A stretch of DNA of 64,000 nucleotides from Betaproteobacteria bacterium (GCA_004298385.1 SCTX01000040.1:32571-96570), one strand, 5' to 3'; counted from the first letter of the stretch, positions 17,380 to 27,728 are shown. Program-made: numbers and translations. The notes: a model not told the origin generated them from the letters alone.

Positions 17380-18135
17380 ATGTCTTCGTCCTTTTTTCTC
17401 ACCCAACTCATCAGCGCGGTCCTGCTCCCTCCGCTCAACCTGCTACTTACCGCACTGGCGGGATTGTTCGTCGCACGCTCGCATCCGCGACTTGGCAGGG
17501 CACTGCTCTTAGGCTCCTTCGCGCTGCTGTGGCTCTGTTCCACTCCTTTTTTTGCCGGGAATGCGCTGCGCCTGCTGGAACATTCTGTCAAAGCGATTGA
17601 TATGCAAACACAACCCGCCGACGCGATCATCGTACTAGGGGGTGGCACCTATTTTCATGCACCGGAATATGGCTCGGACACGGTGAACGATGCCACGCTC
17701 GTTCGCATGCGCTATGCCGCGAAAATACAGCGCGACACAGGCAAACCGCTATTGGTCACTGGTGGCAAACCGCAAGGCAACGATCTATCCGAAGCACAGC
17801 AAATGAAATCCGTGCTGGAACAGGAATTCAAGGTTGCGGTGCGCTGGACGGAAGACGCGTCCGACAACACGCTTCAGAACGCACGCTACAGCTACCAGAT
17901 GCTGCAAGAAGCCGGGATCAAACGCGTCTACTTGGTCACCCATGCGTGGCACATGCCGCGCTCGGTAATGGTATTTGAGTCCGCCGGGTTCGAAGTGATA
18001 CCCGCCCCCACCGGCTTTACCACGTATTACAGAATCACCTTGCTGAATTTCCTACCTGGAGCAGATGCGCTTGGACGCAGCTGGGTTTTCATACACGAGC
18101 TTATTGGGCTACTGTGGTTTCGGCTAAGAGCCTGA
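17380..18135 (+). CDS. YdcF/ElyC-family (DUF218) envelope protein
   Basis: N-terminal TMs; 'ADAIIVLGGG', 'LLVTGGKP', 'VYLVTHAWHMPRS'. Confidence 0.7.
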   Translation: MSSSFFLTQLISAVLLPPLNLLLTALAGLFVARSHPRLGRALLLGSFALLWLCSTPFFAGNALRLLEHSVKAIDMQTQPADAIIVLGGGTYFHAPEYGSDTVNDATLVRMRYAAKIQRDTGKPLLVTGGKPQGNDLSEAQQMKSVLEQEFKVAVRWTEDASDNTLQNARYSYQMLQEAGIKRVYLVTHAWHMPRSVMVFESAGFEVIPAPTGFTTYYRITLLNFLPGADALGRSWVFIHELIGLLWFRLRA

Positions 18136-18166
18136 CCAGGTAGTTACCCGTTCATATCTGCGAAAC

Positions 18167-19831
18167 TTACGATTTACGTTCAGCACTAATTTCCCAGAGC
18201 GTTACTGATGACGGCGCCAAGTCAACGCGCGGCAAGGTGACAACACCAGCGATTACCGGAAGAGATATTTCTTCGACCGTTGTCAGCCCAACATTCGCCT
18301 GGTCGATCGGCATTCCCTGCTGGTAGAAGTGATAGGCATTGCTATGGGTTGCATCCACCAAATACCGCACCACGCGTACCCGCGCCGCGGGAAAAGGCAA
18401 TCCGCTTATTCGGATCTCCATTCGCTCTGTAATTGCACGTTCCTTCGAATTGGAATAGTCCCAGTCTTGGTTGAAAGCGAGCACTCCCAATTTCGACTTG
18501 TCCGCGCTGGCCAATACGCCAATGGACCCTTCAGCGTCCGAGGCTCTTACGCGCTGGCCGGGCAACTTTGAGAACATGAGAGCGACATTGTAGAGTCCCT
18601 TCGGAGTCACGCCATCGGACAGCAGAAAGCTTGGCCAAGCCCAACCGTTCTCTAGCCGACGCGGGTCGAAGTGGTCACGAAGCGTTAACGCCATTCCCTC
18701 ATCTATCTTGCTTGCCGCCATTTCCATGAAAAACCGAGCGGTCCATGCGGCGCCAACTTGGTTGCCATTAATTATCCCTTCTGGGATGGCAGTCGTTACA
18801 TAGCTCGGTCCCCATTCCGTCAAATAGATTGGAACATTCCCTAGACCCGCAGTACTCAGACTGTTGCGGATAGTGTCGATTTGCACGGCAAAACTCGGGG
18901 AGCGCCCGAATGTCGGTAGCCCCGTAAGGGCCGCATTGTTACCATAGAAGTGGTACGAGAAAAAATCAAGGCGTAGCTTCTGCGCAGCCACATCCTTGGC
19001 GAAATGCTCGGCCCAGTTGAATTTGCCAAAAGAAAAAGTGTGGGGAGTTATGCTCGGACCGCCGATCCTGAGCTTAAGTTCAGGGTGTTCCCGGATAAGT
19101 TGATCTGCAGCCGTAGCCCACGCCCGATACAATTGAAAATAGGCCTCGTACATTGCCTGGGCGCCCATCGGAAGCTTTTCCGGCGTCAGCCACGAAGCGC
19201 CGTTAATATCCGGTTCGTTTGCCACCTCGAAATCGGCCTGCGAAAAGCCTTGTTCTACCATCACAAACTTCAAGAATGCGTAAGCGTATTCTTCGTAACG
19301 CGACCAATCGGATACGCCGTAACTGCTGCCGTCTTCTTGGATCACCAAGGCAATTTGCGGTCCTTGCCCAACGATAATATGAGGTCTGAGGCCGTAGTTC
19401 CGACAGTCCTGTAGCCCGGGCAAGAGTGAGGAAAAATTGAATTGCGGCCCCTTCTTCCCCGCTTCGAATTGCACCGCGCTACCGGATTCAACATTGATTA
19501 ATCGGATCTTGGATATGCCCAGCGGTCTAAGTTGCTGCCAAGTTTCCGACGAAATCGGTAACTCCCACGACGCTCCCTGGAAATATCGCCGAATCAACCT
19601 CAGATCATCTTGACCCGAAACGCTATGGTAAATTCCGGGCTCCACAGTAATAAGATGAATCGCGGTCTCACTACCAGCCTGTTGCGGCGCGGCGGACGAA
19701 ACGCTGAACAACACCGCAGTCGCCGCTGCAACGGCAATAAATGAACCCAAAGCCGGAATTGCCCGGTTGAGCTCGCAATTCACCATTGCAGTCTTTGCAA
19801 CGTTTGTTGAATCGCGTCGCTGACAAAACAT
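18167..19831 (-). CDS. Secreted clan GH-A glycoside hydrolase (PslG/GH39-like)
   Basis: Signal/TM 'IPALGSFIAVAAATAVLF'; candidate acid/base 'EVANEPD' and nucleophile 'IYLTEWGPS'; alternative start at 19786. Confidence 0.6.
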   Translation of the reverse strand: MFCQRRDSTNVAKTAMVNCELNRAIPALGSFIAVAAATAVLFSVSSAAPQQAGSETAIHLITVEPGIYHSVSGQDDLRLIRRYFQGASWELPISSETWQQLRPLGISKIRLINVESGSAVQFEAGKKGPQFNFSSLLPGLQDCRNYGLRPHIIVGQGPQIALVIQEDGSSYGVSDWSRYEEYAYAFLKFVMVEQGFSQADFEVANEPDINGASWLTPEKLPMGAQAMYEAYFQLYRAWATAADQLIREHPELKLRIGGPSITPHTFSFGKFNWAEHFAKDVAAQKLRLDFFSYHFYGNNAALTGLPTFGRSPSFAVQIDTIRNSLSTAGLGNVPIYLTEWGPSYVTTAIPEGIINGNQVGAAWTARFFMEMAASKIDEGMALTLRDHFDPRRLENGWAWPSFLLSDGVTPKGLYNVALMFSKLPGQRVRASDAEGSIGVLASADKSKLGVLAFNQDWDYSNSKERAITERMEIRISGLPFPAARVRVVRYLVDATHSNAYHFYQQGMPIDQANVGLTTVEEISLPVIAGVVTLPRVDLAPSSVTLWEISAERKS

Positions 19832-19834
19832 AAA

Positions 19835-20614
19835 TCAGTCTTCGTTTTCACTTTTCCCCTTGCGGCGGCGACAGTACAACGCGTCCATTTCCATGACTTC
19901 CCCAGTCAACGGTGAGATGTGAAAGTTCATGGGCCGCAGGAACTTGAAGCCCAGTTCATCCAACAAGTTGGATATGCTGCTGAAATCTTGCTCCCCGTCG
20001 TATAGATCCGCAAATGAAACCTCAACTAATACCCAATCCACCCCGCACAGGAAATTGCTTCCCCCACGAATCACTTTGTCTTCGAACCCTTGCACATCGA
20101 TCTTGACCAGTATCGGCCCCTCTACCCGCCGTTCATGAAAGAGAACGTCCAGGGTCGTGACTTTCACCGTGATTTCCTCGACCACCGTTGATCTCGGAAA
20201 CGCACGTATCCGGTCTCGCCCCAGTTCCAGAAGAGAACTCACCTGGGTATCTTTGTTGACGTGAAATCTTGCATCTCCGACGTAGTCGCCGATTGCCGAC
20301 ACCAAGACTTCAGTTTGTTTTTCTGCTCTGAGATTATGTCGCAAGACATCAGCCGTCCTCGAGTCAGGTTCAATGGACAGGACACGCACTCCGTTGAACA
20401 ATCGCGTCGCTGCAACCGCAAATTGGCCCACATTTGCGCCAATATCAACCACTAACTTTGGAGAGATTCCTGCGCGCTTCAGACGCGAAACGATGAGAAA
20501 TGACGCTAACGAAAATTTTGGCCAAGTCAGGATGGCCTGAATGGCGCCATCGAATTCCATCACTGTTAGCAGTCCCCGCAACCTAGCCAGAAACATTCCT
20601 TCCCCCACCATCAA
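19835..20614 (-). CDS. FkbM-family SAM-dependent methyltransferase
   Basis: 'VVDIGANVGQFAV..VLSIEPDSRTADVLRHNL'. Confidence 0.7.
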   Translation of the reverse strand: MMVGEGMFLARLRGLLTVMEFDGAIQAILTWPKFSLASFLIVSRLKRAGISPKLVVDIGANVGQFAVAATRLFNGVRVLSIEPDSRTADVLRHNLRAEKQTEVLVSAIGDYVGDARFHVNKDTQVSSLLELGRDRIRAFPRSTVVEEITVKVTTLDVLFHERRVEGPILVKIDVQGFEDKVIRGGSNFLCGVDWVLVEVSFADLYDGEQDFSSISNLLDELGFKFLRPMNFHISPLTGEVMEMDALYCRRRKGKSENED

Positions 20615-20644
20615 TCGAATCTCACGCGGACATCCAAGAAGTGC

Positions 20645-21628
20645 TCAATGAACCTCCCCTTGCTCCTTCAGCCAATCGACAGTAATGTCTACGCCCTGGG
20701 ACATTGAATAGGGCAATTCCCCGACAACCGACTTCAACGGCTCCATGTCATGTGTCATGGGCGTCAAAAGGTTGTCCAGTCGAAAGGATGTCAGCGGCGG
20801 GTTGCGCCAACCCAGGCTCTTCAAACTGTCGCCTACCCTGGATGCCGCCCGCAGTAAGCGGATATCCACCGATCTTATTGGTGACGCCTTCAATTTCCGC
20901 TGAATCGTATCAGCCATTTCACCCACTTCGATCGGCGGATAGTCCGCCAAATACAATGTGCGGCCGCCGACAGCAGAAGGCGAAGCATCAAGCAAGCGCT
21001 GCAACTGGTACACCGTATTCCCGATGAACCCAAACGATTTCTGGATACGCGCTTTTCCTGGGTGGAAATACCTTCCGCGGGCAATGGCCAGGAAAAACGT
21101 CTTGTAGGGCACGTCAAACCAGGGACCCCAAATCGAAGTGGGCCGAACGATTGTCCAAGTGTACCCAACGCACCCGGCAGTCTCGCGAACAAGTTCCTCG
21201 CCCACGACTTTGCTCTCTCCATAAGGCGTCGTCGGGCAATAATCACAATCATTCGCCGGCTGATATCCAATCCGGCATACCAAGCGGGAGGATGCAAACA
21301 CAACTCGCCGTATTGAGCTCACACCGTCAATCGCCGCAATAAGGTTCTGGACGCCAACTGTGTTGGCAGAATAATCCCCTACGGCACGACCATCGAGATC
21401 AGTCCTGGCCGCCATATGGAGAATTACGTCAGGCAGAAATCCGCGGATAGCGTTCCCTAGCCCATCGGCATCTAGAAGGTCGACCTTTTTCCAGTGCGCA
21501 TTGTGCGCATTGTTGCGGGGGGGGCGGATGTCCAGGTTAAGTACCTGATCACCATCGGTGACAAACTTTTCGACCAGATTCGTGCCGATAAATCCCGATC
21601 CCCCGGTAACGAGCACCCGAGAACTCAC
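20645..21628 (-). CDS. NAD-dependent epimerase/dehydratase (extended SDR)
   Basis: 'VTGGSGFIGTN', 'YGESKVVGE'. Confidence 0.7.
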   Translation of the reverse strand: MSSRVLVTGGSGFIGTNLVEKFVTDGDQVLNLDIRPPRNNAHNAHWKKVDLLDADGLGNAIRGFLPDVILHMAARTDLDGRAVGDYSANTVGVQNLIAAIDGVSSIRRVVFASSRLVCRIGYQPANDCDYCPTTPYGESKVVGEELVRETAGCVGYTWTIVRPTSIWGPWFDVPYKTFFLAIARGRYFHPGKARIQKSFGFIGNTVYQLQRLLDASPSAVGGRTLYLADYPPIEVGEMADTIQRKLKASPIRSVDIRLLRAASRVGDSLKSLGWRNPPLTSFRLDNLLTPMTHDMEPLKSVVGELPYSMSQGVDITVDWLKEQGEVH

Positions 21629-21691
21629 CTGTTGCTCCGGCTAGCAGCGACGATCGCTTCCGCCCGAATCGAATATATGAACGGAACCGGG

Positions 21692-22909
21692 TTACTGCTG
21701 CCCATGTCCGGCTCGCCTTTCCACAAGATTCTCATATATGTTTCGCATCAGCACTGCGATCGACGGCCACGTAAATTTATCATTGACCAACTGCTTTCCA
21801 CGCACTCCCATCTCGGCGGCAGCCGTCCGATCATCCAGTATCCTTCGTATCGCATTCGACGTCTGTAGTGCGTCACAGGGCACGACAAGCCCCGCCTGCG
21901 CCTCATCTACTTCTCGCCAGATATTCACTCTGTCGGAAACAACAACTGGCAAGCCAACGCTCATCGCCTCGACCACAGTGAGCCCAAAGTTCTCCGTATA
22001 GGACGACAACACGAATACATCAGCCGAAGCATAGGCAGCCGCTTTAGCTTCCCCCGTCAACATATCGATCACGGTAGTGCGATCGCGCACATTTTCCTGT
22101 TCGATCCAATCCTTGACCTTCTTTCCGTACCCTTCGTTGTCAGGCCCCACGATGAGCAAATGCACGGCAGGATCAATTCGCGCAAGCAATCCAAATGCCT
22201 TCACCAGAATATCCAGGCCTTTTTTGAAATTGATTCTGCCCAAAAACAATATGACCTTCTTTCCTTCGAGTTGAGGGTAATCCTGCTGCAACCTGTAAGA
22301 TGGCTTCCCAATCGGCGTAATCCCTTCAGCAACCACGACGCCACTAGGCACGATAACCTTTGCCGTGCCGCCGGCGCCACGAAATATCCCGGTACTTATC
22401 GCAAGCACCTTTTCCTCTTCGGAGGTGAAGTGCAATGCCGCTGCATTCCTGAACGCAGGACGTTCAAAAAACCACTCGTGAGCAACTTTCCGCCATCTGC
22501 GTCGAACAAATAGAAAGGGGTCTAGACTGCCATGCGGCTTGACGACCATCGGGATGCCATATTTGGATGCGAAATGCATACAAATGGGCAGATGACTTCG
22601 ATACAGGGAGTGAACATGGAGCACATCAAACTCGGGTAGCCGATCCCGAAGGGCGGTATATAAGCCCCAACTGAACCAATAATAGTCAAACCCGACCTTA
22701 GGGAAGAAGCTCACTTCCACACCGTGGTAATTAACAATGCCCCCACGCGGATTTCCCCAGTGCGGGACCTCGATTGTTGTTGTGTAAATGCTGGTGTTTA
22801 CGCCGATCGCCGCGATCGCCTCGCAAAGCTCCAGGCACGCGACCGTAGATCCGCCGAAACGCGGCCCCAACGTAGGGATCACATGAAGGACCTTCAGAAG
22901 AATCTCCAC
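21692..22909 (-). CDS. Glycosyltransferase family 4 (GT-B)
   Basis: 405 aa; 'LFLGRINFKKGLDIL', 'SYTENFGLTVVEAMSVGLPVVVSD' (E-x7-E region). Confidence 0.75.
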   Translation of the reverse strand: MEILLKVLHVIPTLGPRFGGSTVACLELCEAIAAIGVNTSIYTTTIEVPHWGNPRGGIVNYHGVEVSFFPKVGFDYYWFSWGLYTALRDRLPEFDVLHVHSLYRSHLPICMHFASKYGIPMVVKPHGSLDPFLFVRRRWRKVAHEWFFERPAFRNAAALHFTSEEEKVLAISTGIFRGAGGTAKVIVPSGVVVAEGITPIGKPSYRLQQDYPQLEGKKVILFLGRINFKKGLDILVKAFGLLARIDPAVHLLIVGPDNEGYGKKVKDWIEQENVRDRTTVIDMLTGEAKAAAYASADVFVLSSYTENFGLTVVEAMSVGLPVVVSDRVNIWREVDEAQAGLVVPCDALQTSNAIRRILDDRTAAAEMGVRGKQLVNDKFTWPSIAVLMRNIYENLVERRAGHGQQ

Positions 22910-22969
22910 TGCGACGGTATCGATGCAAAACGAATAGCCTCACTCGAACGCCACATTCCTGGTCGTCCG

Positions 22970-24154
22970 CTAAACTGGACCAAGCTGTCCACGTCGCCAC
23001 AGCGAGGTACACGGAATCTTAGTGCGATCGCACCGCGATGCATACCGTACCGCTACATCCGTGACCTCCTCGAGCAGGCCGTCTCTTAGAGTGGTTGGTT
23101 GGAGCCCCAAATCAATCAACGCGGCATTCTCCACGATGAGTTCGTTCTCATCGGCTTCGACACGCGGATTGGGCAGGTTCTCTATTAGCGCCCCCGTAAG
23201 ACGCGATACCAACGCCGCCAAATCTCGAATTCGATGCGTCTCCGTCATTTGATTCATGATCTTGACCCGGTCGCCCAATCCTGGCGGATTGCGCAGCGCC
23301 AACTCAATACAACGCACCGTGTCCCGAATATGAATGAATGCCCTAGTCTGCCCGCCACTGCCGTGAACGGTAAGAGGGTATTCAATCGCAGCCTGCATCA
23401 GAAATCGGTTCAACACGGTTCCATAGTCGCCGTCGTAATCGAAGCGATTGATTAACCTTTCGTCCATCGAAGTCTCTCGCGTTTGCGTGCCCCAGACTAT
23501 GCCCTGGTGCAAGTCGGTGACGCGGATTCCGTCGTTCCTGTTGTAGAACTCGAAAAGCAGCTGATCCTGCGCCTTCGACATGTGATAAACGCTCCCGGGG
23601 CGGGTCGGATACAGGATCTCCCGCTCGATGCTCTCGCCCTGTTCTCCCTGCAAGCGAACTTTCAGATAACCTTCCGGAATCGGCGCTCCGCTTGTGCCAT
23701 ACCCATATACTCCCATCGTGCCCAAATGAACCACATGCACGTCAAGCCGTGCTTCCACGATAGCTGCAAGCAACGAGTTTGTTGCGTTCAGGTTGTTGGA
23801 AACCGTATACCGCTTGTGGAATGCGCTCTTCATTGAATAGGGCGCAGAGCGCTGCTCTGCAAAATGAACGATCCCATGCGGTTTGAACTCGGCTATCGTT
23901 TCCAGCAGCCCGCGATAATCCAGCCCGACGTCGAAATTCGCAAAGCCGATCACCTTCCCGCTGATTTCCTTCCACGCTTTAGCACGCGCCGTAATCGGTT
24001 GTATGGGTGTAAGCGAAGAGCATTCCAGTTCATTGTCGATATTGCGGCGGGACAAATTATCTATGATCAATACCTCACAGCCGGCGGCCGACAGGTGAAG
24101 CGCGGTTGGCCATCCGCAAAATCCGTCACCGCCTAAGATAAGCACTCTCACCAT
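22970..24154 (-). CDS. sqdB: UDP-sulfoquinovose synthase homologue (SQD1/SqdB/Agl3 family)
   Basis: 'GGDGFCGWPTALHLS', 'HFAEQRSAPYSM', 'HLGTMGVYG', 'YHMSKAQD', 'TDLHQGIVWGTQTRET', 'LNRFLMQAAIEYPLTVHGSGGQTRAFIHIRDTVRCIELAL' track SQD1 blocks along the whole length. Confidence 0.85.
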   Translation of the reverse strand: MVRVLILGGDGFCGWPTALHLSAAGCEVLIIDNLSRRNIDNELECSSLTPIQPITARAKAWKEISGKVIGFANFDVGLDYRGLLETIAEFKPHGIVHFAEQRSAPYSMKSAFHKRYTVSNNLNATNSLLAAIVEARLDVHVVHLGTMGVYGYGTSGAPIPEGYLKVRLQGEQGESIEREILYPTRPGSVYHMSKAQDQLLFEFYNRNDGIRVTDLHQGIVWGTQTRETSMDERLINRFDYDGDYGTVLNRFLMQAAIEYPLTVHGSGGQTRAFIHIRDTVRCIELALRNPPGLGDRVKIMNQMTETHRIRDLAALVSRLTGALIENLPNPRVEADENELIVENAALIDLGLQPTTLRDGLLEEVTDVAVRYASRCDRTKIPCTSLWRRGQLGPV

Positions 24155-24246
24155 ACCGTCCTATATCCACAACAATCTAAGCCACCTGTGATTCCCTCAT
24201 TCCCGCGGGTATTTCCGATCGTGAGGCCCTATCAAATCATCCGTAC

Positions 24247-25062
24247 TCATTCGGCTCTCCCGTATATTGGCCCCTTGCGAATACGCTCCACCAAAGCTAT
24301 GGGATTTGACAGATGCTTATACAACCGCATTGACCAAAATATAGGAATATCCAATGCACACCAGTCTCTTCCCATAATCTTGCGAAATATCCGGAGACGA
24401 TATTCACGCGCCGCCTGGTCGAGCCGTCGTGATGACGTAATGCTATTGACATGCAGCCGGTAACAACTCCAGAAGTCGTCTACTAAAGCGAACTCCGCTC
24501 CATTAAGTGCCATATCGACAAACAGCTCGCCATCCCATGCCACCCCGTTATCGACATTAAACCCTCCGACCGCTCTGAACGCCTTCGCCCTAAAAAACGT
24601 TGAAGGCTGCATCAAGATGGATGCTTGATATGCATTTCGAAACGCCGAGAACGGCTCACTAAAGCACCGTCGGATTTGGTGGTCATACCGATCAATAATC
24701 ATCGAGTGTGCCGATACCACGGAAATCTCCGGTGCATTGGCGAGAAAGCGAGCCGCTTTGCTTACCGCTTGGGGAAGCAAGAGGTCGTCTGCGTTCAAGA
24801 AACCAAATACGTTGCCCGAAGCGAGGGCGAAACCCTTGTTCAATCCGTTCGCCGGCCCCTGATCAGGTTCAAGCACTACTTGGTCGATCTTGTCGCGGTA
24901 ACGCTCGATAATTTCCCGGCTGCCGTCAGTGGAGCCAGGATCGACAACTATGTACTCGATATCCTCGTGATTCTGCTCGAGGACGGAAAGTATTGCACGC
25001 TCCAAGAATTCGGCCTGGTTATAAGAAATCGTAACTATCGAGACGCTCAAGTGCAAGCTCAT
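24247..25062 (-). CDS. Glycosyltransferase family 2
   Basis: 'VSIVTISYNQAEFLERAILSVLEQ..IEYIVVDPGSTDGS..FLNADD'. Confidence 0.8.
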   Translation of the reverse strand: MSLHLSVSIVTISYNQAEFLERAILSVLEQNHEDIEYIVVDPGSTDGSREIIERYRDKIDQVVLEPDQGPANGLNKGFALASGNVFGFLNADDLLLPQAVSKAARFLANAPEISVVSAHSMIIDRYDHQIRRCFSEPFSAFRNAYQASILMQPSTFFRAKAFRAVGGFNVDNGVAWDGELFVDMALNGAEFALVDDFWSCYRLHVNSITSSRRLDQAAREYRLRIFRKIMGRDWCALDIPIFWSMRLYKHLSNPIALVERIRKGPIYGRAE

Positions 25063-25228
25063 CTAGAACTGCCGTAGCCTACGTCGTCCTCTGGCTCAAC
25101 TAACTTTTCTCAGATTATGTCGAATTGTTATGAGCTGAGACCAATCATCGTCACGCCGGAAACTCACATCAGGCCGGGTACTAACTTGGGAATCCATCAA
25201 GCCCGGTCACTGTCACCTCAACCTTCAA

Positions 25229-26623
25229 TTACGTCCGAGATACTCCCGACGCCGTTCGCAATCCAGAGTAACCGAGCATCAAACCAAATGATACCCAAAG
25301 TATGGGATCAACGTAACTACCGTACCTTCCCAGTGCCCCTAGCAGCACACCAGAGAACGATGCAGTGAGAAGACATAGCCTGGTCTGCTCTTTGGAAGAT
25401 GTGAGCCTGCCATTGCCAGATCTTACGAACTTGAAGACATGGAGGATTGGTACCACCAGCGCCCCTATAAATAGAGCCGTACCAGCCAGACCGGTCTCCG
25501 AGAGCAGTCTTATTAGGAGTCCAGACCCATCCATCGCGTTGAGCTCCAACGAGCCCCCAGAATCACCTAGGAAAAGAGGTGCCTGCGTCATATATGAAAT
25601 TGGATGGCACCCGATTCCGACCCCTAACAAAATGTTCTCCTTAAGGCTTTCCAGCATGACCTCTCTGTTCGTGGCGATTGCTAAAGAGCTTACCGAATCG
25701 GTAGAGATATACTCCCATCGATTTCCTCCAGAAAATACGATATCGATCGTACCTAACCGTTCAGATGCGTCCTCACCGAAGTACAAGAAGAATATCGCAA
25801 TCAGCACGCAACCAAAAAGCAATTGCCACAATAGTAATTTAATTGTTCCGATCCCACCGCGTCCAATTAGCGTCCAGGCAACGACCATGACCACGAAAAG
25901 CTCAAAGATTCCTATCAAAGAGCCAGCGACAAAATATGCAAGAACAGTAACGATCGCTACCGGTAGTGATACTAGCTCAGCTACCGAAAGGCGAACGCGC
26001 CTCCCGAATGCTCCGACCCGCGCCAGCACGATTCCCAACACGGGCCCTAATACTCGAATCAGGTGTGCGGGCTCGCTCAGAACACTACTCACCCTGGCGA
26101 GACCTCCAGTTGAGCCGGGGAACCGCCAGATTTCCCCACCTGCTATTTCATTAAGGAATCCAAAGGTAAGCAGGTCCTCCCTCCCTGCAAGATTCCATGC
26201 TACAGACTGTGCCACCGCTATAGATGCCGTCAGCGCCATAACCCAACTGAGCCGCCTAATTAGCAGCTTGGAATCGACTAGCCATCGGCGCAGACAAGAA
26301 GCAAGCACGATCGCGAACGTAGCAGCTACAGCGATTCCAAACAATTGGTACCAGGGTCTCGCACCCATCTCTTCAAACGAGTATGGCCCAGCCAGAATGC
26401 CGATCAACGAAAACGCTGCAAATGTTGCCATCAATTTCGTCGACAAAACTGGGCTGCGCCAGCCCCAGCTTTCCGGCAAAATCCGCTGGTTCCCAAACAA
26501 GCAGGTTATGTCAGCGGTAAACATCGCCACATATGCCGCTGCCATGTACGGACCGAAGGCAAACGTTCCAATGGTTTGAATTGGAGCTAGGAAACACGCC
26601 AGCGAAATAAAAAATGTTACCAA
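25229..26623 (-). CDS. Polytopic membrane protein, candidate Wzy-type repeat-unit polymerase
   Basis: 464 aa, strongly hydrophobic throughout, located inside the glycan cassette. ORF begins with TTG, so the true start is uncertain. Confidence 0.5.
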   Translation of the reverse strand: MVTFFISLACFLAPIQTIGTFAFGPYMAAAYVAMFTADITCLFGNQRILPESWGWRSPVLSTKLMATFAAFSLIGILAGPYSFEEMGARPWYQLFGIAVAATFAIVLASCLRRWLVDSKLLIRRLSWVMALTASIAVAQSVAWNLAGREDLLTFGFLNEIAGGEIWRFPGSTGGLARVSSVLSEPAHLIRVLGPVLGIVLARVGAFGRRVRLSVAELVSLPVAIVTVLAYFVAGSLIGIFELFVVMVVAWTLIGRGGIGTIKLLLWQLLFGCVLIAIFFLYFGEDASERLGTIDIVFSGGNRWEYISTDSVSSLAIATNREVMLESLKENILLGVGIGCHPISYMTQAPLFLGDSGGSLELNAMDGSGLLIRLLSETGLAGTALFIGALVVPILHVFKFVRSGNGRLTSSKEQTRLCLLTASFSGVLLGALGRYGSYVDPILWVSFGLMLGYSGLRTASGVSRT

Positions 26624-26741
26624 GCTCTTCTCAGAATAAATTTAGCAACGAAAGTCAACGACGGTAACAACGGCTCTTGTCGCCGTCAATTAATGCACAG
26701 AAAGGTAGTCCCAGTTGTTAGGACAGGTCTATCCGATGACG

Positions 26742-27728
26742 TTAAGCGACCAAACTTTCAAAGATCTGTTTCAATTCGAGAGAAATGAGATCTGGATGAC
26801 ATTCCGCCATTAACGTCTTGGATGGAGTATAGCTTTCGGGACGTAATCGAATCTCGGTCAGACCATTAGCGATCGAAGAAACCGATGTCGCTGTCGCTAG
26901 ATAGGCGCCACGAAAGTACTTCTGGTAAGCATAGGGCCGATCCCCTAGTAACAGTGGCTTCCCCATCGCCGAGCCTTCAAATGCGCATCCGGGCTGTGTT
27001 TCGGTGAAACTGGGCAAGGCCACTCCGATCGCGTTAAAGTAGACTCGCCGAATATCCTCAAAGGAAACCCACTTGTACCATCGAAAAAATGGAGTTGTAC
27101 GCACTAATTCCTCAAATTCCGCGGTATAGCTTTCCTCGCCGCCCATAGTGTTACCAATGAACATCATTGGACATTTTACTTGTCTTGCAGCTTTAGCCAA
27201 ACGGACCTGATTCTTGCGTGGCCAGATATTGCCAACACAGGCGACATAGTCGCGCAGGTCATCGAATGGTCGTTCTGGTTGAGGAGAAAAGAAGAACGGA
27301 TCGAGAATGCTGGGAATGATCGCGACCTTCTCCCGCGGCACCCAGAACATCCTAACGGCCGTTTCAACTTGAAGGTCGTTGTGGACTAGGAGCTTGTCGG
27401 TGTGCCGCAAGATGTCGAGGAGGGATCTTCGCACACCGATAGCTAAAGATGCGAAGTGACGCAGCCAAGTTTCAACATTCATATATGGCAGTAACGCCGA
27501 CAGAACAACTTTCTTGCCATGCGCTTTGGCGATTCGGACCACCTCTTGGTGCCCCTTGCCCAGGCCCCACAGATGGAGTACATCCCAATCGTTGTCTTTG
27601 CTCCAAAAGTCGAGGGGTTGCGCGTCAATCCCGTGACGACGAAGCAACTCGTGAGTGCGATGCATTTGTATATCGAATCCACCAAAGTGGAAGCAATGTG
27701 GTTGGACAGGTATGGTCCGAACTTTCAT
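26742..27728 (-). CDS. Glycosyltransferase (GT-B, GT4-like)
   Basis: 328 aa; 'VACVGNIWPRKNQVRL', 'SFTETQPGCAFEGSAMGKPLL'. Confidence 0.55.
   Translation of the reverse strand: MKVRTIPVQPHCFHFGGFDIQMHRTHELLRRHGIDAQPLDFWSKDNDWDVLHLWGLGKGHQEVVRIAKAHGKKVVLSALLPYMNVETWLRHFASLAIGVRRSLLDILRHTDKLLVHNDLQVETAVRMFWVPREKVAIIPSILDPFFFSPQPERPFDDLRDYVACVGNIWPRKNQVRLAKAARQVKCPMMFIGNTMGGEESYTAEFEELVRTTPFFRWYKWVSFEDIRRVYFNAIGVALPSFTETQPGCAFEGSAMGKPLLLGDRPYAYQKYFRGAYLATATSVSSIANGLTEIRLRPESYTPSKTLMAECHPDLISLELKQIFESLVA

Noticed and set aside
17100-17380. Small ORFs 17118..17309 and 17137..17340 as real genes
   Set aside because: One frame is explained as a WcaI-like relic and the other is its shadow. No independent start or SD signals were seen.
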